From: Diplonema japonicum | Lineage: Eukaryota > Protista > Euglenozoa: Diplonemea | Length of the DNA stretch: 64,000 nt | NCBI GenBank assembly: GCA_964019335.1 | Contig: OZ025726.1 | Coordinates: forward strand, 1 to 64,000 | Reading direction: 5' to 3' | Shown here: piece by piece, positions 10,759 to 19,284 of the stretch | How positions within the stretch are numbered: position 1 is the first letter of the stretch | Layout: each line of letters begins with the position of its first letter | The notes under the pieces: model-generated | The model's input: the letters and a program-made list of their open reading frames with translations, nothing else | What the model was told of the DNA's origin: nothing | The model's database searches: none | Made by a program: the position numbers and the translations under genes

Positions 10759-10969
10759 TAAAAAGGGGGACTTGAGAATGTTTTTTTTTTTTTTCTTCAA
10801 AAGACACACAAGGCACGATAAATCTTAAGAGAAAATAAAAATATTCCAAAACAGACAATCAAGTTCCAACCTGCGAGGAAGGCATGGGTTTCTCTTTTTC
10901 TTTATGGGAGGGAGAGGGGAAGAAGAAGAAGCAACTCCAAATGATAAAAATTCAAAAATAAAAATCTCA
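10759..10969. repeat. ~212-bp direct repeat, copy 2
   Basis: taaaaagggggacttgagaatg...aataaaaatctca, matching 9077-9290. Confidence 0.95.
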
Positions 10970-11009
10970 GAGGTTTGCGGGTTTGCGGGTTTGCGGGAAG
11001 ATGAAACTA

Positions 11010-11820
11010 TTAGATTTGTGACAGTACAGTGTGAATGTAGTTTGCACGTTTGTGAGTGCGGCGTGTGAATGTTACACGCTTCAGATGGTGCTGCCCCTGA
11101 GACTCATCGTCAGGGACATGCTGAAAAGACATCATTCTTCTAGTAAACATGGCATAGCACTTCCAAGTCTCCATGTCTGAATATTTATATGTATCCCCGG
11201 TACCACACAATATTAAAACATTTTGGCCTGTCCTATAATCCAGGCCATGCCTTTCAGCACCTTGTCTTGAGGCTATAATATGGACACGCGAGAGGTTTTT
11301 TATTGAACCGCAGACTTCGCATTCAGTTAGCTCGATGTCCTTCCAGATGTCATTTGCTTTTTCCGTTGCTGAGCTGCTTTCATGAAACACGGTGGGATCA
11401 AGACCTAGCAGTATGCTGAGGTAGATCTCCTGCTCCTCCTCCAGCTCAGCCAGCTCCTCCTTGGCTCTTTGCAAGTCTTCGCCAGCATAGATCGCTGCTA
11501 TTTTCTTCTCAGCATCAGAAGGGTGCATTATGTGATCCACCTTTGCGACTCTTGCATTCACCAGCAGCCCCTCGATCTTTGTTCCGATCTCGTCGATCTT
11601 CTTGGTGATCTTGATCTTTTCAGCTTTTCCTTGGCTCTTCGCAGGTCTTCGCCAGCATAGATCGCTGCTCCTTTCTTCTCAGCATCAGAAGGGTGCTCTT
11701 CGTGATCCTCCACTGCGACTCTTGCACTCACCGGCAGCCCCTCGATCTTTTTGGTGACCTCGTCGATCTTCTTGGTGCCACGACATATTCTCTCTCACTC
11801 TCGGTGAGGTGTCTACTCAT
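11010..11820 (-). pseudogene. Degenerate coiled-coil plus HNH-like protein
   Basis: CEVCG..SRVHII..NVLILC..C resembles an HNH fold. A ~170-bp internal duplication (11460-11610 vs 11630-11776) and frameshifts lie upstream. Confidence 0.45.
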
Positions 11821-12763
11821 ATTTCTTTTTTTTTTTAAATCTAACTCTTAAATGAGTCGCTTTGTTGCTCTTGGGACGCTTCTAAGACCTGTGCCTCACA
11901 CGTATGTAGGTGTCCCCTGCTGCTTCGTTTCCCACAGGCTTTTAATTGATTTTGTCTTGCGTGTGTGTTCTTAAAATGAAACCCTGTTGTATAAATATAA
12001 GAAATGAATGTAAAGTGTGATGTTAAATGTGCAAAAAGTGCGCATTTTGAAATCTCATCCGTATCCAAGGCGAATCTACGTCATCTCGCCAAAACCCTTC
12101 CGATACTTTATCTCTGGTCCCCTGTCATCTATAAAGATGAACTCGTAACACTTCAGCTTAGCAAACATGTTTTGAAACTCTTCCTTTTTTTTGTTCCTCA
12201 TTGGGTGGCTTTTGTTGTCCTTGCTTTTCGAACCCTTGTATTTAAAGAGCATTTCTTGTGACAATGAGTCCGAGTTCGGCGATGTATTAAATCAACCTGT
12301 TTGGAACCGGGCCGTCGATGTCCGACTAGGGCCCGCAAGCTGCGGCACTGCACATGAATTGGACTATCTTGAAGCAACGGAGAAGAAGACGGTAAAGGTC
12401 ATGTGAGAGGCTTCTTTTTATTTAGTGCTTCGAAAAGCTTTTTGAATAGAGTTTCCTTCGTGTAAAATCAAGCCTTTTCAACACATCCGCGACCGTATTT
12501 GCGAGCTTGGTTCGCCATAGCAATAACCTAATCACAACTGATTAGCGTCCACACCTGGTGACTGCACGTCTTTGTACTTCGCAGCTGCTCTTTAACCACT
12601 AGTTTCCTTCCACGGCGCAATGTGAACAGTTGCTCCACCATCATATCATTCGAAATTCTCCATGCTGTAGTTTTCAGTTACTAAAGAACGTCTTCAGCCT
12701 AGCGACAACATCATATCATAATCATTAATAAGGGTGCCTGCAAATGGATGCAATCCGAAAGGC

Positions 12764-14086
12764 TCAGACGTAATAAAAGGCACCTAACTGGCTGGCTTTC
12801 TCGAGATGCACACCAGTTACGCATCCTAGAAGGTAGACGAGGACAAGAGACAAGAAGAAATTCTGTTTCGTAACTGGCACGTTACAGAACCTCAATGTTC
12901 TAGCCAAGAGAGACTTGTCGATGGGCTCTGGTGCCTTGAGGTCGTCGAAGTTGAGGTAGGTGTGGTAGGCCTCCACCTCAAGAAAAGCACGCTCGGCAAA
13001 CAATTCTGGCAGTTGCACGCCTTGCTGCCAGTCATGATCTCTGACAGCAGCTAGGCTTAGGCGATCCGAAGGATCGGTCTTCAGTAGCCCTGATATGACC
13101 TGCTTGCCAAGTGCGCTGATGTTCGCGGGGATAGCATATGACAGGGCTAGGATATTTTTCCTGATAACATCATCGTCATCATCGAAAGAAAAGGGATAAT
13201 CCCCCACCAAAAGTCTGTATGCCAAAACCCCCAAAGACCAGTTATCAACTTGTTTATTGAAGCCAGGTGCTTCTGACATCATCTCCGGCGGCTGCATGTC
13301 GACGGTCCCTGTCACGTTCCTCAGCAACTTCCTATCCCCAGCAGCCCAGTGCGACGCTCCAAAGTCGGTAAGCTTCAGGTGCCCTTCAGCATCCAGCATT
13401 ATGTTTGTTGTTTTCAGGTCAGCGTACACAACGCCCAACCCGTGCAGGTAGTTCAGGGACTCAAGCACCTGCCGCACTGTGTACGCAGCCACGCTCTCTG
13501 TCACACCCCCCTCATCTGGTAGCACATCGTAGAGCGAGCCTCCCGCACAGAACTCCAGAACAATAAAATACGAACCCCGAATTTCGTCATAGAAATTCGT
13601 GTAGAAGCGAGTCAGCAAGGGGTGCTCTAGGGTGGCGTGGATGAGGATCTCCCTCTCGGAGTCGGAGTAGAGCTCTTTCAAGGCGCAGGGTACTTTATGT
13701 TCCCTTTCGACGGCAAACCACACAACACCATCGCCACCTGAGCCCAGCTGCACCGCACCCTCGTCTTCCCCCCACTTCGGAAGCGCGAAGTCAGACAGAG
13801 TCCAGTCTCTCGCAGCAAAGTAATCAGTTGCCCATGTGATTGAACGCTCCTTAGCCCAGTGCAACAACCACCTTTTGCAGTCCGTGCTTGGGTCAGGTGC
13901 CGTGGGTCTGCTTGACTTGGAGTGACCCCTAGGGCTCACAGCCGCCCCGTCGAACAATGTCCTTCCACTCCTGGCAACCTTGTCTTCCTTCCTCACATTC
14001 GCAGGTACAACACCTGCACGCTTATCTCCTTCCCTTCCCTTCCTCACTGGAGCGCTGTATGTGCGCCTCCGCGTCTCATCGTGCAT
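12764..14086 (-). CDS. Ser/Thr protein kinase (Aurora/AGC/CAMK-like) with C-terminal hydrophobic segment
   Basis: GSGGDG, ALK, YADLKTTN, DFG, PPE and DNWSLG motifs. Confidence 0.92.
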   Translation of the reverse strand: MHDETRRRTYSAPVRKGREGDKRAGVVPANVRKEDKVARSGRTLFDGAAVSPRGHSKSSRPTAPDPSTDCKRWLLHWAKERSITWATDYFAARDWTLSDFALPKWGEDEGAVQLGSGGDGVVWFAVEREHKVPCALKELYSDSEREILIHATLEHPLLTRFYTNFYDEIRGSYFIVLEFCAGGSLYDVLPDEGGVTESVAAYTVRQVLESLNYLHGLGVVYADLKTTNIMLDAEGHLKLTDFGASHWAAGDRKLLRNVTGTVDMQPPEMMSEAPGFNKQVDNWSLGVLAYRLLVGDYPFSFDDDDDVIRKNILALSYAIPANISALGKQVISGLLKTDPSDRLSLAAVRDHDWQQGVQLPELFAERAFLEVEAYHTYLNFDDLKAPEPIDKSLLARTLRFCNVPVTKQNFFLSLVLVYLLGCVTGVHLEKASQLGAFYYV

Positions 14087-14223
14087 CGCCTGCGTACAGT
14101 GTGAAATAGGCGGAAACTAGAAAGCTTTACGGAAGAACAAAGGTGGTGATACATTCGGAAGAAAAAAAAAGCGAGTAGGTGTCCGCCGCTGTTAAAACTG
14201 CCAGAGGAAGTTGTAAATTCTAT

Positions 14224-15396
14224 CTATTTCAACCCCTCTTTCTCGAAATCTTTTTGCATCTGAGAATCTTTGCTGCGTTCTTGGCACCACTCGCAAGCAC
14301 CTCTGTTGCCGCACCATTTGCAGTGCATGGCTCTGATTAGGTAAGGCATGGTGGGGTGTCTCTCAATACCACCCACGAGGCCGTAAGAGTCCTCGATGAG
14401 GCTATCGACACAGGGCACCATGCTGGTGGGATTATAGTCGGGAAGGGACTCGAGGAGCACCAGGAGAGGAGGGTATTTCTTTAGCTTCGCGATAGGAACC
14501 CACGTTTTGAAGGGACTAATAGCATCATATATCACAATTGCCGCATCGTAGGCCACCCATGCGTGCTCGATAGACGAAAACGAGTGTTCCTTCGCCTCCC
14601 GTCTGCTCGCTGCGCTTTCCTTACGTCTTCGCTTCGCAACGTGTTTGTAACTACAACCGTCGCAAGCAGGAAGCTGGCATGTGTCCAAAAAATTTGACAG
14701 CTGCACAAAACCGTTCCAGTCTTTCTTCTTGAAGACGGCAATCGATGACGCCATCGTGCCTTCTATCATCCCCACGCCTGTCACCTGCACGTTCCATCCA
14801 TATTTTTTGCTTGCGTCTCTGGCCCAGAGTTTGAACTCCCTTCCAGTCCACTCGAATCTGTGGTCGTCGTGACGCATGGTTCCCGGAGTCATCCCCATCA
14901 AGCTGTTTGCGTCCCTGTTGGGTGTTGTCACCACCACCAGCCGGAAGTTGAACACAGCCTGGGACAGCAGCAGCTCTGTAAACCTGCCAACGTCATCCAC
15001 ATGTTCGACGACCTCGATGCTCACGCAGCTGTCCACCTTGTTCTCCTCTAGGTACTTCCCCAAGGCTGCCAGATCGCTGTTCAGGAAATCCCCCTCCCAC
15101 AGTGACACATGCAGCGGAAGGTAAGGGTTCCCTGAATGGCCTTTCTCAGCTATCGCTTTTGCATTTGCCCCTTCATGTTCCAAATCCATGTCGAGCCCGA
15201 CACCAAAGGTGAACCTGCACGGGACGCCCCCCCACCGCACAGGGCTGCGCAGCCTCATCACTTCCGCCATTCCATTCCCATTCCCGCAGCCTATATCTGC
15301 AAACCTCTCAACATGATTGGCTGCAAGAATGTCAGCTACCTTTCTGTACCGCTGAACAGAAAGCGGAGGGTCGAAGATCTTCGGCTTTTCCTTCAT
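14224..15396 (-). CDS. HEN1: Small RNA 2'-O-methyltransferase HEN1-like
   Basis: FDPPLSVQRY (FxPP), DIGCGNG, EVVEHV, TTPN and RHDDHRFEWT are HEN1 signatures. The probable ATG is MKEKPK at 15396. Confidence 0.9.
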   Translation of the reverse strand: MKEKPKIFDPPLSVQRYRKVADILAANHVERFADIGCGNGNGMAEVMRLRSPVRWGGVPCRFTFGVGLDMDLEHEGANAKAIAEKGHSGNPYLPLHVSLWEGDFLNSDLAALGKYLEENKVDSCVSIEVVEHVDDVGRFTELLLSQAVFNFRLVVVTTPNRDANSLMGMTPGTMRHDDHRFEWTGREFKLWARDASKKYGWNVQVTGVGMIEGTMASSIAVFKKKDWNGFVQLSNFLDTCQLPACDGCSYKHVAKRRRKESAASRREAKEHSFSSIEHAWVAYDAAIVIYDAISPFKTWVPIAKLKKYPPLLVLLESLPDYNPTSMVPCVDSLIEDSYGLVGGIERHPTMPYLIRAMHCKWCGNRGACEWCQERSKDSQMQKDFEKEGLK

Positions 15397-16671
15397 TGTG
15401 TGGCTCTCCCCTCCTAGTGTATTTAGGCGAGAGAAGGTAAACTCAAAAAATATCAGCAAATATAATGGTGATCACTATGAAGCCATATGTAGACCACGGG
15501 CATGAAAGCCAAAAGGCGCCGTTGTGTAGATACGGTGGAGCAACTACACAACATGCCAAAGGGGGGGCAAGGGAGGATTAATAAAAAGTGTGGTTTTCTT
15601 TTTTTTCTGTTTTTCTTTTCAAAGCAATTCGACCTAAAAAAAAAAGCTTCCCGGTTACGTAAAACTCTTCTTTTTTTTTTTGCGGTTGCCACAAAGTTGA
15701 CACATACCGGTGACGAACAAGGTACTTGATCTCATATAATAATAATAATATTCCTCAAGATTCCTATTTCGGCCCATGGAAGCAAAAAAGGAACAATCTC
15801 TGCTTCCAGAGGACCAAATAGCCCATTATCTCCATCACTAGCGCACACACACAATTCTTCACAAAAAAGACAAAACGTCCTGGTTGCTACTCGCTAACTC
15901 GAAAAAGTATTTAAATGGACCAGCTTCTCTCTTTTTTCCTTTCTTTTCTTTTATTCTTGAACAAGAGGAAACCTACCAGACACACCACAACAAAAAAAAA
16001 AAAGAGATGAGATAAAGGAGGTTCCTGTTTTGGAACGTCCCCCTTGTCTCTAAAAAAAAATAAATCGCAGACAAACTGGAACGAGGAGAGGGATGGAAAA
16101 AACAGAGAAAATAAAAAGAAAAGAAAGTGTGGAACAAAGGAACAATAATAAAAAAGAAGATCTTTTGCGGTACCCACCGTGGACTGAGGATCCCACTGGG
16201 ATCCTACTTGGATGGCATCTGCGAGAAGAAATAAAGAGCGTTTGGTTAGACGAGAACAACCCCAGGCCACTCAGGGAGTGTACTCTGGTCTTCCTTTCTT
16301 CCAGAAAGGCGCTGTTTTTGCCATGTCTGCACTCTTTTGAGGGTGTACCACAGGGCTGCACCGCGTGGCTTTTCTCTCAAACAGTCGCTCACCCATGTTC
16401 CCGTTACTCCTACGGAACATCTGCTCCATCGGTACCGGCATCTTAAGGAGTATATTGGATGAAGCCATCAATGTATAAAAAATATTAAGGGTAACTAGGC
16501 GTAAGGTACCACAGCCTTGCAGCCAGTACACCTTCTTCGGCTGTCGCTCCATCTCCCGTCGGTACCGGGCATCTTAAAAGAAAAGGGGGAAATAGAAAAG
16601 CTTAAACCGTTTGACGCAGAGCCCGGAAAGGGTCCACAAAGACATGGACGAAGCCATCAATGTAATAAACA

Positions 16672-19206
16672 TCAAGGGTAACTAGGCGTCTGAGGTAAAG
16701 CAGTATATAACACAGGTACGTGTGAGCACTCATCAGTGTGAGGCTGCGGCATTGAACGCGGCCACCAATTGAGCTTATCAGCTTTGATCATCAATGCAGG
16801 AACGAACACAGTCCGTATCACGAAGGTGTCGAGCAACACGGAGACGGTGAGTATCAGCCCGAACTGATTCAGCATGGTTTCGCTGCTAGAAAGCAGACCC
16901 CCAAAAGCTATACTCATTATAACCCCTGCCCCACTGATAGTGGGCCCCGTTGTTGCTGTCCCCATGATTACGGCGGCATCGTTAGGCATCCCTTGTGCAC
17001 GGTACTCCGCAATGCGAGTGATGAGGAAGATATCATAATCGAGCCCCAACGCAATGCAAACAGGAATCACCACAGCGGGCACCGTGTAAGACAAACCCTC
17101 GTTGTCGAAGTCTTCAAGGTAAGGGAACAACCACCAGAACGTCTTTGTCTGGTACACCACCACCGCCACGCCCAATGTAATGAACACAGTATACGCCAAG
17201 GCAAAGGCTAGTCTCAGAGGCAAGAAGACTGATCGGAAGACTGCCCCCACAATGACAGTCACGCTGCACACAATACATATCAAAATCATTGGCATCTTCT
17301 CCTCCACAAGGTCAGAGGAGTCGATGTCACCCGCACTTGGCGCTGCCACATGCGCCGTGTATTCATCTCCCCATTTCTCGTTAAACTTATCAATAACCTT
17401 CCGCACCTTGCGCAGCCACGGCGCTGCTTTAGGGCCGCAAGACGGGAAGGTTGTGTACACTTGCGTCAGGGTCACATTGCCATCTTCCGAAACCATCCTC
17501 TCAAGCAAGGCTTCGTAAGGCTGGCTTAAGGTGCTGTTGCTATGAAGCAACGATAACGCCGCAGTATAGTTGAGCTCTTGCCCCCATGCAAACGAAGGTC
17601 CCTGGAGCATGTCTGGTCTCACAACAGATGCGGTTTCCTTAAGCGAGTCCAGTACGGCATGACCCAGCTCCACCAGTGCCTTGTACCCCTCTGAGGACAT
17701 CATGTCGTTACCATTCACAATGAGGTTCACAGGCCCAGATCTTGCCGTTTCCATGCCCTTCACTTCCATCTCGCGCATGACTTCCAAGCTCTCTGCACCG
17801 CGAGGACGTGTCTGCGACCTGTCAGCGCTGACGGACATCTTTGGCACTTGTATGAGCAACGGGATTCCCATCAAAAGCACAATTATGATCACACACCCAG
17901 CATGCTTCTTAACAAGTAGAGCAAGCCGCATCCACAGACCTGAGGCCTTTGTCTTCGGTTTCGTGATTGGTTCCTCATCTGACTCATCACCGTTGCAGAT
18001 GTACAGCTGTGGTTCTGCCGTCCTACCGTCGTCTACGCTTAGCGTCTTGCCTGGCATTCCTTTGAGCCTGAACTTCAGCGTGTCCCAGAGCAACAGAACA
18101 GGAGTAGACAGAGGGTAGGTTAAGGCCTTTCCAAAGCACACTAACAAAGCAGGTATCAATGTGATGTCAATGAGGACAGTGCTGAGCGCGGTGATGCCTG
18201 TGCAAGCACCAGCAGACCTTATAGTCTGAATTGGCATCAGTAGGCCGGAGAAAAATGCTAGAGATATTAACAACCCACTCACGCAGATGGTGTGTCCTGT
18301 GTGGATCACCATGTCTACAATAGATTGCCACATGGATAGGCCGTTGCCAACGCCTTCCAGGAATCTTGTGAGGAGGAAGAGAGAGTAGTCGATGGAGAGA
18401 GCAGCCGCACAGGATACCATAACCTCTGGTGTCTCGCTCGATACGCCACCCCATCTCCTTGCTATGGGCAATGCAAGGGTGAAGGCAGTACCCAGTGATA
18501 GCGACATACAGACCAGGGGCACAACAAGTAGCTGGATGTGTTGCAGAAAATAGGCGAGCACAAGAAATGCGAATGGCAGCACCGTAAGCTCCATGTTTCG
18601 GAGACTAGCCTCCGCCTTTCCCTGCACCTCCTTGTCCAAAACGATGGACCCGACAAGGTTAATAGTGTAGGTGGCATTGTCGGAAGGGATTCTTGATGGG
18701 ATTGTGATGTTCTCAGTGAGGTAGTCCACAAAGTCGAAGGCGTGTTGTTGGCTGCCGGTACTTTTTGTGGCTTGAAGAGCCAAGACAGTGGTGCTGTTGT
18801 CATCTGAAAGCATCCATGTGACAGGACCACCGTCAAGAGACGGTAAATAATACCCACCTACAAGCAAACCATAGTCCTTTTGCCAAACTGACTGTTGTAA
18901 CGTGTTTCGCACCCATTGTGAGTACTCTGTGACCCCACTGTTTGTAACATTGGACGGTGAACTTATCACAATTAAGATGAGGTCTCCAGCGTCTGGGAGC
19001 TTTTCTTTGAAGTACGTCGAGTACATCTCTTCCGCGACCGCACTCCGTGACCCTTTTGGCGGGTCAAGGCTTGCTCCCGTGCTGTCCATGAATGCAGGTG
19101 CAGTGTAAACAAAAGCAGCACCTGACAGCACCCACGCAAGCAAAATGCTCCAACTCGCGATCAGTGCTGACCTCGGTATGGAGTCGTCCCATGGCTTAAG
19201 AGACAT
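16672..19206 (-). CDS. MMPL/RND-family membrane transporter
   Basis: Two repeats of hydrophobic TM clusters with ALSIDYSLFLLTRF and ALGLDYDIFLITRIAE; also TGPTISGAGVIM and LLDTFVIRTVFVPALM..NWWP. Confidence 0.9.
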   Translation of the reverse strand: MSLKPWDDSIPRSALIASWSILLAWVLSGAAFVYTAPAFMDSTGASLDPPKGSRSAVAEEMYSTYFKEKLPDAGDLILIVISSPSNVTNSGVTEYSQWVRNTLQQSVWQKDYGLLVGGYYLPSLDGGPVTWMLSDDNSTTVLALQATKSTGSQQHAFDFVDYLTENITIPSRIPSDNATYTINLVGSIVLDKEVQGKAEASLRNMELTVLPFAFLVLAYFLQHIQLLVVPLVCMSLSLGTAFTLALPIARRWGGVSSETPEVMVSCAAALSIDYSLFLLTRFLEGVGNGLSMWQSIVDMVIHTGHTICVSGLLISLAFFSGLLMPIQTIRSAGACTGITALSTVLIDITLIPALLVCFGKALTYPLSTPVLLLWDTLKFRLKGMPGKTLSVDDGRTAEPQLYICNGDESDEEPITKPKTKASGLWMRLALLVKKHAGCVIIIVLLMGIPLLIQVPKMSVSADRSQTRPRGAESLEVMREMEVKGMETARSGPVNLIVNGNDMMSSEGYKALVELGHAVLDSLKETASVVRPDMLQGPSFAWGQELNYTAALSLLHSNSTLSQPYEALLERMVSEDGNVTLTQVYTTFPSCGPKAAPWLRKVRKVIDKFNEKWGDEYTAHVAAPSAGDIDSSDLVEEKMPMILICIVCSVTVIVGAVFRSVFLPLRLAFALAYTVFITLGVAVVVYQTKTFWWLFPYLEDFDNEGLSYTVPAVVIPVCIALGLDYDIFLITRIAEYRAQGMPNDAAVIMGTATTGPTISGAGVIMSIAFGGLLSSSETMLNQFGLILTVSVLLDTFVIRTVFVPALMIKADKLNWWPRSMPQPHTDECSHVPVLYTALPQTPSYP

Positions 19207-19284
19207 TGCCTGTAGTAGTATGAAGGACAGCAAGAAAAACTAATAAAACCAATCTACAATGGCCTCTATGGCCTACTTTACAAT

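Noticed and set aside
9077-10969. LTR retrotransposon reading of the direct repeats
   Set aside because: No gag, integrase or protease motifs, primer-binding site or clear paired TG..CA termini; the neighbouring RT is non-LTR type.
11840-12740. Possible decayed gene or transposase fragments
   Set aside because: Short stop-interrupted frames with no motif I can identify.
15700-16430. Possible structured ncRNA or small ORFs between HEN1 and MMPL
   Set aside because: No tRNA or snoRNA boxes or convincing coding signal visible by eye.
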